From Candidatus Wolfebacteria bacterium (GTDB lineage: Bacteria; Patescibacteriota; Minisyncoccia; Phycocordibacterales; NVSU01), in the NCBI GenBank assembly GCA_002401345.1, contig NVSU01000001.1, positions 68,476-132,475 on the forward strand: a DNA stretch of 64,000 nucleotides, in the 5' to 3' direction. The notes under the pieces are model-generated. The model saw only the letters and a list, made by a program, of their open reading frames with translations. It did no database searches and was not told where the DNA came from. Shown one piece after another: positions 19,369 through 28,820 of the stretch. The stretch's first letter is position 1. Each line of letters opens with the position of its first letter. The position numbers and the translations under genes are program-made.

Positions 19369-21158
19369 TCCGTGAAATGCTTAAAAATAAATGGGGTCCT
19401 ACCCTTTTGGTGTATGTGGCAATCTATCTGATTGTCATTTTTTTAGATGTACGACTTGGTGGCTTTTTGAGCTTTTATTTTAATCCTGTAATTTTTCATT
19501 ATCTTTCACTTATCATTATTATTTCTCTTTTTTATGGTGTCACAAATGAATGGAAAAAAAATACACAGATAGCAAAAAGCCTAAAACATTTCGATGACGT
19601 GGATCAAAAAGAAAACAATCGACTATACGTTATACTATTGCTTATTATTTTTGCCCTGGGAACATTCCTAAGACTCTATCACCTAGGGGAACTTTCTCCT
19701 GCAGGAGATGAATATAGACACCTTCTTGCAATGAAACGTTTTTTAACTGATGGTATATTTGGCTACACTACCTCATCTATCACAACTCTTATTATCACGG
19801 GCGTAAAAAAAATTACCACAAGTGATTCACTATTTTTGCTTCGATTACCGTTTGCGCTTCTCGGATCACTTTCAATTTTACTTTTTTATGCGATCGGGAA
19901 AAAAATAGCAACTAGGCAAGTTGGTTTAATTGCAGCGTATCTTTTCGCATTTCTACCGCTTGCAGTAGGTCTTTCGAACTACATACGTGGGTATGAAATA
20001 GCGCTTTTTGTCTCCCTTGTTGCGATATATTTTCTATTTTCGCCTTATATAAAAAATCTATACTTCAAAATAGTTCTCTTTATTCTTAGTTTAAAGCTTA
20101 TTGCGTACTTAAATTCTGATCAACGTTTTGATGCAATGGTTATGTTCTTTGCTATCTTTGCACTCTTCTATGGAGGTCTCATGTTTATAGACGAGATTAT
20201 AAAAAATAAGCGATGGAATAACATCATCAAAATTACCGCCCCTTTTATTGCATTTGTTGCGGGAATTTCTATCATGCCACTTTTCTTTGAGTTTAGTTTT
20301 TCGAGGACAGTAGAATGGGGGTATCTTTTTTTAATTAATCATAGCTATTCCGATGTAACATGGTATTTTGAGATTATTCCGTTTATTGTGATAATATTTT
20401 TTATTATTAGTGCATTCTTTGCAAAAATTAAAAAGAAAAATGTCATCTATGCACTCTCTTTTACATTGATTTTTATCATCGCCATATTCATGTTTTATTT
20501 TGACGGACCAAAGCGATTTCAAGTACGCTATCTGTATCCCCTCTTTCCGTATTTCATCCTCCTTCTCTCCATTGGTATTTCCTCCGCATATTATATATTC
20601 AAAAGAATATTTAAGGTGGGAATAATAGAATACAGTATTGTCTCTGTCATTGTATTTATTACTATCTTTAGCCCTGTGAAAGCTTTTTATTTCACATTCA
20701 CGGAAACGAACGGAGAACACAGCAAACTAAATCAACTAACCTATTTACCAGACAAAGAACTTATAACATTTGTGAACGCTCACAATATCGATGTATCTAA
20801 AATCATAACCACGACACCGTGGGTTTTTGACTTTTATTATGACCAACCATTTTTAATGACAGGAGAACTTAATCAGTATGTGCACTTTCCCAAAGAATGG
20901 AATTATGAATTTGTGAACAGAACAAAGCTCTATAGCATTAGTGGTTTTCGATCTGAAGAAGAAATCAAAACAATAAATGAAATTATTGATACACGTGATA
21001 TAGAATATCTTATTTTCCATAGTCTGCCACAGCACTCAGATTACAGATATAGCTACGAGTACCCCCTTGAAACTATACGTGACACAGAGTTGGTAACTAT
21101 TATTGGAGAAAATAGTTCATATGGATATTACATATATAAAATCAATAAAGAATCATGA
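19365..21158 (+). CDS. GT-C fold glycosyltransferase (PMT-like)
   Basis: FLRLYHLG...GDEYRH, LRLPFALLG, IRGY, RYLYPLFP, multi-TM. Confidence 0.85.
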   Translation: MIREMLKNKWGPTLLVYVAIYLIVIFLDVRLGGFLSFYFNPVIFHYLSLIIIISLFYGVTNEWKKNTQIAKSLKHFDDVDQKENNRLYVILLLIIFALGTFLRLYHLGELSPAGDEYRHLLAMKRFLTDGIFGYTTSSITTLIITGVKKITTSDSLFLLRLPFALLGSLSILLFYAIGKKIATRQVGLIAAYLFAFLPLAVGLSNYIRGYEIALFVSLVAIYFLFSPYIKNLYFKIVLFILSLKLIAYLNSDQRFDAMVMFFAIFALFYGGLMFIDEIIKNKRWNNIIKITAPFIAFVAGISIMPLFFEFSFSRTVEWGYLFLINHSYSDVTWYFEIIPFIVIIFFIISAFFAKIKKKNVIYALSFTLIFIIAIFMFYFDGPKRFQVRYLYPLFPYFILLLSIGISSAYYIFKRIFKVGIIEYSIVSVIVFITIFSPVKAFYFTFTETNGEHSKLNQLTYLPDKELITFVNAHNIDVSKIITTTPWVFDFYYDQPFLMTGELNQYVHFPKEWNYEFVNRTKLYSISGFRSEEEIKTINEIIDTRDIEYLIFHSLPQHSDYRYSYEYPLETIRDTELVTIIGENSSYGYYIYKINKES

Positions 21159-22396
21159 ACTTCCTTCGAATAAAAATAAAAGAATATCTGGATAAAAATA
21201 AGTTCATGTCTTCTCTCTTTATTCATGGTATATGGATGACAATACGACAAGTGATTGTGCTAGGAAGTGGTCTTGCGCTCTCTATTGCTTTTGCACGACT
21301 TGCTACACAGGAAGTATTCGGACAGTATCAGCTCATCCTTTCAATACTCTCAGTTGTGTCAATTGTTTCCATACCTGGACTCAATATGTCTATATTAGGA
21401 TCAACGGCCCGTGGATTCGAAGGCAGCTTCACGCGCGCGGTGCGCACAAGCTTTCTCTGGAGTCTCATCGGTATTCCTGTGTTACTTGCTGTTGGTGGAT
21501 ACTATTATATATATGAAAATCCTACAGTAGGACTTGCATTTATGGCACTCTCTTTATTCTTTCCATTTCTCTACGCACCGAATACATGGGATTCATTCCT
21601 TCAGGGGAAAGAGCGTTTCGATGTTGCATCACGCTACTCATCAATTCAGGCACTCATAAATGCAGCCACAATAATAGCAATATTATTTTTATTTAAAGAT
21701 AATCTACTTCTTATTGTAGTGGCATATGCACTGACGCTCGCTTTCTTTAATATAGTCTGGTACAAAAAAAGTCTTCGGTATGTAGAAAATAAAAATGAAG
21801 ACAAGGAAACAATTCCCTATGGATGGTTTGTCACAAAAATACAAATTCTCTCACTGATTGCAGGTAATCTCGACAAGGTACTTATAGGAATATTTATAGG
21901 GCCTGTACAATTGGCGGTGTATGCAATTGGAATAAATTTTTCAAAAAAAATTCTTTATTTCGTAAAAAGCCTTCTCGGTGTTGCAACACCAACCATATCC
22001 AAGAAAAATACTGTGAGCATGAAACTCTACAGTAAGATTTTTATTCTTGCGACTATTTTTGCAGGAGCACTCTTTCTATTTATGCCGGTATTAATCCCAT
22101 TTCTTTTCTCGAACAAGTATGTTGATTCTATTTTGCTCTCACAACTCGTTGTAGCCTTTTTACCATTTTACATACTAAACATACTCTATAAAAACCATTT
22201 TCTCCTCTATTTAAAAAATAAACGTATCCTTTTCTATGAATCCATCATATTTCCTATCACAAAAATTCTTCTCATGATTCCACTCATCTATTTCTTCGGA
22301 ATTATCGGTCTTGCGTTCCTCATTGGATTCCAAAATATTCTTAATATGGCGGTGCTTTATCTTCTACACAAAAAAAACAAACAAGTGGTGAAATAA
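21155..22396 (+). CDS. wzx: Oligosaccharide flippase (Wzx family)
   Basis: ARL..EVFGQY, LDKVLIG.FIGP..LAVYA, about 12 TM helices. Confidence 0.85.
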   Translation: MNFLRIKIKEYLDKNKFMSSLFIHGIWMTIRQVIVLGSGLALSIAFARLATQEVFGQYQLILSILSVVSIVSIPGLNMSILGSTARGFEGSFTRAVRTSFLWSLIGIPVLLAVGGYYYIYENPTVGLAFMALSLFFPFLYAPNTWDSFLQGKERFDVASRYSSIQALINAATIIAILFLFKDNLLLIVVAYALTLAFFNIVWYKKSLRYVENKNEDKETIPYGWFVTKIQILSLIAGNLDKVLIGIFIGPVQLAVYAIGINFSKKILYFVKSLLGVATPTISKKNTVSMKLYSKIFILATIFAGALFLFMPVLIPFLFSNKYVDSILLSQLVVAFLPFYILNILYKNHFLLYLKNKRILFYESIIFPITKILLMIPLIYFFGIIGLAFLIGFQNILNMAVLYLLHKKNKQVVK

Positions 22397-22440
22397 TGAG
22401 CTCATAAGCTGAAAAAGTTTCAGCTTATGAGCTCATTATT
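22392..22440. terminator. Bidirectional terminator between convergent genes
   Basis: 23-bp perfect inverted repeat AATAATGAGCTCATAAGCTGAAA/TTTCAGCTTATGAGCTCATTATT overlapping both stop codons. Confidence 0.75.
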
Positions 22441-23047
22441 TCCTCACTTTAAGGATTATGTCCATACCGTAGCAAGAAAATGTATTTGAAAGATGTGCTT
22501 CGTAGAATTCTTGAGTACGTACATGAAGGTTTACAATTTTACCAAGAATATATTTTTTGAATACCATAGGAATGAAAAATGTGCCACTAAAATAAAGCCA
22601 TTGAGAGACAACCTCAAAATCTAGATCAGTGTAGAATGATGGCACCTGTCGCGTGAGCTTGTCTTGATTTTTTGAGTAATAATAAAATGTATAATATCCA
22701 AAAAATCGCTTATGAGTCGGATCAGAATAATAATACGGATTTGAAAAATGTGGGACAAATATATATATCATACCTCCGGGCTTCAATACACGGTGCATCT
22801 CTCTCATAAGTAAATCAAAATTATCAACGTGCTCAAAAAAGCTCTTGCTGTGTATTTCATCAACAGAATTATCAGGAGCAAACGATAATCCTTTCTCGAG
22901 GTCTGCAACAATATCAATCCCAGACAGTGGAAGCATATCGACAGTAATACGATCGGTACGAGAGGTAGGCCCGCTTCCCAAATCGAGAATAATCTTTTCA
23001 CCCTTTTCAATCTTATCCTTTATAATGTGATGTATTTGATTAGCCAT
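22436..23047 (-). CDS. Class I SAM-dependent methyltransferase
   Basis: LDLGSG, FEHV, RVLKPGG, DPTH motifs. Confidence 0.88.
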   Translation of the reverse strand: MANQIHHIIKDKIEKGEKIILDLGSGPTSRTDRITVDMLPLSGIDIVADLEKGLSFAPDNSVDEIHSKSFFEHVDNFDLLMREMHRVLKPGGMIYIFVPHFSNPYYYSDPTHKRFFGYYTFYYYSKNQDKLTRQVPSFYTDLDFEVVSQWLYFSGTFFIPMVFKKYILGKIVNLHVRTQEFYEAHLSNTFSCYGMDIILKVRK

Positions 23048-23059
23048 AAATTTTATACA

Positions 23060-23091
23060 ACATTCTCACATTCTCAAGAATGTGAGAATGT
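23060..23091. repeat. Palindromic GAGAATGT-unit repeat
   Basis: ACATTCTCACATTCT-CA-AGAATGTGAGAATGT; related copy at 43347-43403. Confidence 0.8.
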
Positions 23092-23092
23092 C

Positions 23093-23908
23093 TTAAGATT
23101 GTTGTTTATTAATAATATCCTTACATACAGAAATCCATTCACTCTTTTCTTTTCTTCCTTTTTTCCTCAGTAAGTAACCTCCCAAAAGAGGAATTTTGTA
23201 CAAATATTTTCTTTTTGTATGTATATACTTGTTTGCCCCAAGCGTTGACCCCCTACCAAAATGTGATGAGAAAATATGTTCATATCCTTTCAAATAATGC
23301 TCTGCGACACCAATACTATTTCTAAACGGACCATCTTTATATGTGCGCGTATTTCGAGCTCCTAATATAATCCCTTTAAATCCTGCTGCAAGATATTTTT
23401 CTCTCAATTCTGCGCCTGTATCCTCATGTAGCGATATATCACGTGGACGTAAATCAATATTTAAATCATTAAACGTCTTTGTTTCAAATAAAATGGCATA
23501 CATGAGTGGAAAATCTTTTGGCTTGTCTCCATCTGATTCTGTTCCCGCAACTTTTACCTTATCGTCGAATGTACTTATTAATATAGTGTCCCAGTCTTTT
23601 ATAAGCCATGTTGCATCTGCATCAAGTATTGAAAAATACAGAGTATCCACTTGTGTTGCTAAATAATTGAGCGCCGTACCATGCGCCATACTCCCGCGTA
23701 ACCCTGTGCTATTGCGTTCAAGTGACACATTCTCATACTCACTAATAATACGTTGCAATTTCTCATAATCTTTTGACTTAGAATCGTTATCCACAATAAA
23801 AACTTGATAAGGATTACGTGTAAGTTTCTTCAATCCGTACAAAGTATTTTCAATAAACTCAGCAGAATTAAAGTTCACTATTAAAATTGTTATGAGAGGA
23901 TTCTTCAT
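23093..23908 (-). CDS. Glycosyltransferase family 2
   Basis: ILIVNFNS, IVDNDS, LDAD (DxD). Confidence 0.85.
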   Translation of the reverse strand: MKNPLITILIVNFNSAEFIENTLYGLKKLTRNPYQVFIVDNDSKSKDYEKLQRIISEYENVSLERNSTGLRGSMAHGTALNYLATQVDTLYFSILDADATWLIKDWDTILISTFDDKVKVAGTESDGDKPKDFPLMYAILFETKTFNDLNIDLRPRDISLHEDTGAELREKYLAAGFKGIILGARNTRTYKDGPFRNSIGVAEHYLKGYEHIFSSHFGRGSTLGANKYIHTKRKYLYKIPLLGGYLLRKKGRKEKSEWISVCKDIINKQQS

Positions 23909-24696
23909 GATATTTTTTTAATAATAATTTCCTGGTCCGGGTAAATGAATAATGTATGCTTGATAAAATTAAAGAAGAAACTCATAATATTCGTTTTCCT
24001 TTCAAGTGGTCTATATACGCGCATCCATTCTATATTCTTTTGCCTATTTAATATTTTATTAATACTCTTCTCTGTCACGAAATTTATCGTTTTTAAAAAC
24101 TTCCATGGTCTTCCTATTAGAATTAAATAAAAATATCCCAGTGGCTTCGGTAGGAATGTTGGAAATGGAATCTTATAATGCCCTTCATATGGATAGTTAT
24201 AATTTGGTGTATTGATATATATGTGGCCGCCTGGTTTTGTAATACGTATCATTTCTTGTATACATTTTTCTTCATCTTCCACATGCTCAATAACAGTAAA
24301 GCAATTCACGACATCAAATTGGTCATTTCCAAATGAAAGTTCCTCACCATATTCTTTTTTAAAATTATCAGAATTTATACCTGCCACAGTACATTTATCT
24401 TGGATAATTTCAAATTCTTCTTCATCGGGCTCGATGCCATATACGTCGCATCCGTACTCGCGAGATAATGTTATTGCAAGTCCTCCTGTCCCTGCACCAA
24501 AAATAAAATGCTTTTGAGTGGCTGTGAATTTCTTATTTAGAAGGGACTGCACTCTCTCGATCCTTTTCACTTCTTTATCCTCTTCATGTATTCTCTTTTC
24601 AACTCGCACTTCCCAATCAGGTAACCCACACAAATCTCTGTAATAGACCGTGTAATAATTTTTGATTTTCTTTTGTAATGCGCGTGAATACCTCAT
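23905..24696 (-). CDS. Class I SAM-dependent methyltransferase
   Basis: GAGTGG, FDVV, VIEHV, KPGG, PYEGHY. Confidence 0.88.
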   Translation of the reverse strand: MRYSRALQKKIKNYYTVYYRDLCGLPDWEVRVEKRIHEEDKEVKRIERVQSLLNKKFTATQKHFIFGAGTGGLAITLSREYGCDVYGIEPDEEEFEIIQDKCTVAGINSDNFKKEYGEELSFGNDQFDVVNCFTVIEHVEDEEKCIQEMIRITKPGGHIYINTPNYNYPYEGHYKIPFPTFLPKPLGYFYLILIGRPWKFLKTINFVTEKSINKILNRQKNIEWMRVYRPLERKTNIMSFFFNFIKHTLFIYPDQEIIIKKIS

Positions 24697-25448
24697 TATA
24701 TTTTTTCTTTAATTTTTTGAATGAGCCACTCTCTACCGTAGAGTTTTAATTCCCGATCATGAAAATTGAAAAATCCTTTTGTATCATCTATAAACTCTAT
24801 TCCGTCCATTGATTCATTACTATCTATCATATAATTCTTAGAAATTATTTTTTTAATATTTGTATTCTTAAGCGCATTATATGTTTTTCTACTCCACACA
24901 TTGCCTGGTGGAACAAAAATATGTATAGACTTCTCGAAAAAATCTTCCAAAATATTCTGGGATCTCTGTATGTGCTCATCATGCATTTGCTGTGGAAGCC
25001 AATGCCAAAATTCTCTGTGAAATGTTTTATTAGATGACCAAAAACGAGGAGTGTGTTTACCAACCACACAATGCGTAAGTCCATGATTTGCAATTGTTAT
25101 TTTTCCTTTGAGAAATGCATCTTTGAGAAATTGTGCTTGTTTTGGAAATTTATCCGGAAATTCTACATATGTTCCATCATGCTCAACCCAGCATGCGGTT
25201 ACTGAAATAATTGGTGTGATATTGTAGTACTCAAATATGTCCAAGAAATCACTCCATTCCTCTTTGCTTACTTCGTTATATTTGGCCCATCCACGGAATG
25301 GCCATACTCTTTTAAAGAACCCTATATTTGCAATTGGAAAGTAGAAATACGGTACGCCAAGAAAGCGAAATATTTTTTTACCATATTGATTAAAATGCTT
25401 TGTTGAAGCGCCAATATCGTCTATACGAAATACAATTTCTTTTTTCAT
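24696..25448 (-). CDS. Polysaccharide deacetylase-family protein
   Basis: FRIDD, IANHGLTH, FVPPGN motifs. Confidence 0.8.
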   Translation of the reverse strand: MKKEIVFRIDDIGASTKHFNQYGKKIFRFLGVPYFYFPIANIGFFKRVWPFRGWAKYNEVSKEEWSDFLDIFEYYNITPIISVTACWVEHDGTYVEFPDKFPKQAQFLKDAFLKGKITIANHGLTHCVVGKHTPRFWSSNKTFHREFWHWLPQQMHDEHIQRSQNILEDFFEKSIHIFVPPGNVWSRKTYNALKNTNIKKIISKNYMIDSNESMDGIEFIDDTKGFFNFHDRELKLYGREWLIQKIKEKI

Positions 25449-25449
25449 A

Positions 25450-26055
25450 TTATTTGTGTGCAATTATTAATAATCCTGAATAATAATCGGGATGTGTGCG
25501 TCTTTGTAAAAAAAGAACAAGAAACAAATACAAAGGATAGAGCACATATCGAGCTGGTACAAATCGTATGTGTTTTATTTTTCCTCGTACAATGTCGAGT
25601 ACAACTGAATATGCATTACCTATATGAAGGACATTTACATTTGAAAAACTACCAAAAAGCTCTCTGACATAACGTTTCGTAAATCTCATTCTGTCTCCAT
25701 GATCTTTATACACAAATGGAATTGAGGTGACGATACTGCCACCACTCTTAAGTACCCGATACATTTCAGAGAGTGCGCGGCGTGGTGATTTAATATATTC
25801 AAGAACCTCAATGCACATAATTGAATCGAAATACTCATTAGGAAATCGAAGATTATTTATATCACCTTTTATAATGTCATTTTCACTATCGGCAATACTA
25901 TCAATTGCAATTGGCTTGTTCTGTAATAAGTGATCGTATCGTCTGTTTTTTGACCCAACATCAAGTACAGTACCCGAAAGTTTTGGCAACCACTCATTCA
26001 AATGGTTCTCAAGTTCTATTCTATGTGCTGATTTTTTTATATATTTTGTAATCAT
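25450..26055 (-). CDS. Class I SAM-dependent methyltransferase
   Basis: VLDVGS, EVLEYI, RVLKSGG. Confidence 0.88.
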   Translation of the reverse strand: MITKYIKKSAHRIELENHLNEWLPKLSGTVLDVGSKNRRYDHLLQNKPIAIDSIADSENDIIKGDINNLRFPNEYFDSIMCIEVLEYIKSPRRALSEMYRVLKSGGSIVTSIPFVYKDHGDRMRFTKRYVRELFGSFSNVNVLHIGNAYSVVLDIVRGKIKHIRFVPARYVLYPLYLFLVLFLQRRTHPDYYSGLLIIAHK

Positions 26056-27131
26056 GGTGTATGCTCCTTAAATCCTAATTCTTTATCGACATCTAACATC
26101 TGAGCGATAATTGAAATTCCCCACAAAAACAGACATGTTCCGTGGATATCTGGCTCATCAAACCCACGTGTGATACGCGCTTCATAATAGAAACGATTCG
26201 CCTTGTGATGACTAAATGAAAATCCACCGCGCTTTGGAAAATAGTATTGTCGATATATGTCCAAACGTCGTCGGGCAGCCTCTTGTATTTCTCGATTCCT
26301 ATATGACCCTCTGAGCATTTTATTTGCGTAATTAAGCACATAAATAATATTAAAGTTGTCACATGCCTGTCGGTTATTGTCCGCTTCTAAACATAAATCA
26401 ATTAATTTATCAGGATAGTGAAAATACATCCTTTCTGCTGCTTTTAGTCCTGTGAGTATTTTCATTGCCGCATTTACTTTCTGCACATGCGTGGGAGCTC
26501 CCTTATACCACGATCCATCTTCTCTATTTTGGATCTTATGTACCCATGCGACCGCAAAGTCAATTAACGCCTCTTTATTTTTAAGGTCGCTATGTTTTAA
26601 AAAGAATAAAAGATGAGAAAAATGACTTCCTGCTCCCCATGGTTTTGTCCAATCTAATATTTTAAGATATTCATCTATTTCTTCTTCTGTGTGGGGAATA
26701 TTTTTATATGAAATGGTCGGCGTAACTTCAAGTATGTTGAGTGCGGAAAGTGCTTGGCGTGTTTCCGCACGAATTGTCTGTGTATGAAAAAAATTGTTGA
26801 AATCACGATGCTTTACTACGCCTGCTTTTTCTCGAAGCCATGCTTTTTTCTTTATAAGCGGATCATATATACTGCCATCATCAATCTGAAAGCTTTTTAT
26901 AAAATCTGCCATATTTTTTTTCTCTTCTTCAGAAAGTGTGTCTAATATTCCAAGCATATAATAATTTTTAACTGCAAACACAGTATTGCCAAGTCCCCAG
27001 TATTTTTCCTCTCCATACAAATCACCAGTCAGAGAATATCTGAAAAATCCGGAGACAGAAGTTCCCTTCATTGTTTCTAAAAAACGAGGGATATCTTTTT
27101 TTAATGTAAACAACCATTCAGTATTGTTCAT
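26052..27131 (-). CDS. Hypothetical protein, possible alpha/alpha-toroid (prenyltransferase-like) fold
   Basis: QxxDGS-type repeats (FQIDDGS, IQNREDGSW, GGFS); start taken at MNNTEW just after the SDR stop. Confidence 0.6.
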   Translation of the reverse strand: MNNTEWLFTLKKDIPRFLETMKGTSVSGFFRYSLTGDLYGEEKYWGLGNTVFAVKNYYMLGILDTLSEEEKKNMADFIKSFQIDDGSIYDPLIKKKAWLREKAGVVKHRDFNNFFHTQTIRAETRQALSALNILEVTPTISYKNIPHTEEEIDEYLKILDWTKPWGAGSHFSHLLFFLKHSDLKNKEALIDFAVAWVHKIQNREDGSWYKGAPTHVQKVNAAMKILTGLKAAERMYFHYPDKLIDLCLEADNNRQACDNFNIIYVLNYANKMLRGSYRNREIQEAARRRLDIYRQYYFPKRGGFSFSHHKANRFYYEARITRGFDEPDIHGTCLFLWGISIIAQMLDVDKELGFKEHTP

Positions 27132-27132
27132 A

Positions 27133-27870
27133 TTATTCGCTCGAAAGACGTGCAAGTACGCCACCATCAACAATAAATTCTTGTCCTGTAATAAATGCAG
27201 ATTTTTTATTATCTGCCAAAAAATAAATGAGTTCTGCAATATCATTTGGAACACCGATTCTACCAACTGGATGTTTTGCAGCAAGATTTTCATTAGTAAT
27301 CTTATTTCTTTTAAGTCCATCCTTAAGCATATCTGTATCAATAGCGCCTGGAAGAATTGTATTGACCCGAATTCCATCGTTAGCAAATTCAAGTGCCATT
27401 GCGCGAGTGAGAGTAGAAAGCGCTCCCTTTGAGGCAGCATATGCAGCAATATTAAGAGAAGTAGCAGTAGAGTGAACTGAGCTTATGTTCACTATAGAAG
27501 CCTTATTTTTCTTTAGTGCTGGGTGGAAAAATTTGGCAATCAAAAAGGCAGCGCGAGTATTAACATCAAACGTTTTATTCCATTCTTCCACAGTGGTATC
27601 GAGAATATTTTTTGAAATCTGAATTGCCGCATTATTAACAACACACCCAAGACGTATCTCTTCTTCTTGTATTTTTATACTTAGTCTTTCGATTTCATCT
27701 GGATCAGATAGATCAATATTATAAAATTCATCGATAAAATTTTTTTTGCCGTTTGATTTTTTATAATCAATCCCGATCACATACCATCCTCGTTCCTTAA
27801 ACAATTCGGCAATGGCACTTCCTATACCCCCCAATACACCCGTAATAAGTATCGTTTTTTTATGTATCAT
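27133..27870 (-). CDS. Short-chain dehydrogenase/reductase
   Basis: TGVLGGIG, NNAA, YAASK, VDGG. Confidence 0.93.
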   Translation of the reverse strand: MIHKKTILITGVLGGIGSAIAELFKERGWYVIGIDYKKSNGKKNFIDEFYNIDLSDPDEIERLSIKIQEEEIRLGCVVNNAAIQISKNILDTTVEEWNKTFDVNTRAAFLIAKFFHPALKKNKASIVNISSVHSTATSLNIAAYAASKGALSTLTRAMALEFANDGIRVNTILPGAIDTDMLKDGLKRNKITNENLAAKHPVGRIGVPNDIAELIYFLADNKKSAFITGQEFIVDGGVLARLSSE

Positions 27871-28820
27871 ATTCCTAATCCTTTTAATAAATGAGTAATT
27901 GAATTTTCATGAACCAAGTTCCAATAATGCGGACTACTATTGGTATTATGTGGTGACAGAAGAATATTTTTCATCGATCGAAGCGGGCTTTTTTTGGGAA
28001 GTGGTTCATATTCAAATACATCCAATGCAGCACCTCGTATCTTTTTTTTCTTTAGGGCATCTATAAGATCATTTTCTTTTACAAGTGGCCCACGGGCTGT
28101 ATTAATGAGCACTGCATCATTTTTCATCTGCAAAAATTCTTTTTTTGAAATAATATAGCGACTTGTTTCATTTAAATCAGAGTGAAGACTTATGTAGTCG
28201 GATTGTGTAAGGAGTTTCTCTATATGTGTTGGAATAATATTATATTTTTTTATAACTTCCTTAGAAATTGGAAGCACGTCATATACCAAAACATCCATTC
28301 CAAATGCTTGTGCACGTTGTGCAACTGCACGGCCCACATTTCCGAGACCTATAATGCCAAGAGTTTTTTCCCTCAGAGATGCACCCTGTACTTTCTTCCA
28401 TGTTCCTTTTTTCATCTCACTATCGAGCACCGGTATATTACGCGCAAATGAAAGTATGTATCCGAGCACACTATCTGCAACAGGTTCTGAAAATGCATTT
28501 GCCGTATTGCATACGCGAATTCCAATTTTCTCAGCATATTGCTTATCAATGGAATCAACTCCTGTGCCCCATTTCACAATTACTTTAAGTTTTTCTGCCT
28601 TTTCAAGTACTCGCTGTGTTATTTCGTCATCTCCACAAATAATGCCATCATACAGTCCAATGATATCTATGAGCTCTTTTTCACTAAGACGCTCATGAAC
28701 CTTTGGAAGATCAATGGAAATATTCCTCTCTTTAAAAACTGGTCGCAACTTATTAATTTCTGTCTGCATATATGGAGCAGATATAAGTACACGATATTTT
28801 TTTACTTTCTTTGTTTTCAT
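27867..28820 (-). CDS. D-isomer 2-hydroxyacid dehydrogenase (phosphoglycerate dehydrogenase-like)
   Basis: GTGVDSID, GIIGLGNVG, INTARG, LDVFEYEP, SPH. Confidence 0.92.
   Translation of the reverse strand: MKTKKVKKYRVLISAPYMQTEINKLRPVFKERNISIDLPKVHERLSEKELIDIIGLYDGIICGDDEITQRVLEKAEKLKVIVKWGTGVDSIDKQYAEKIGIRVCNTANAFSEPVADSVLGYILSFARNIPVLDSEMKKGTWKKVQGASLREKTLGIIGLGNVGRAVAQRAQAFGMDVLVYDVLPISKEVIKKYNIIPTHIEKLLTQSDYISLHSDLNETSRYIISKKEFLQMKNDAVLINTARGPLVKENDLIDALKKKKIRGAALDVFEYEPLPKKSPLRSMKNILLSPHNTNSSPHYWNLVHENSITHLLKGLGI

Noticed and set aside
27132-27449. N-terminal extension of the 465-aa ORF overlapping the SDR gene
   Set aside because: It is an alternative frame of the SDR; a good ATG lies at 27131 just after the SDR stop.
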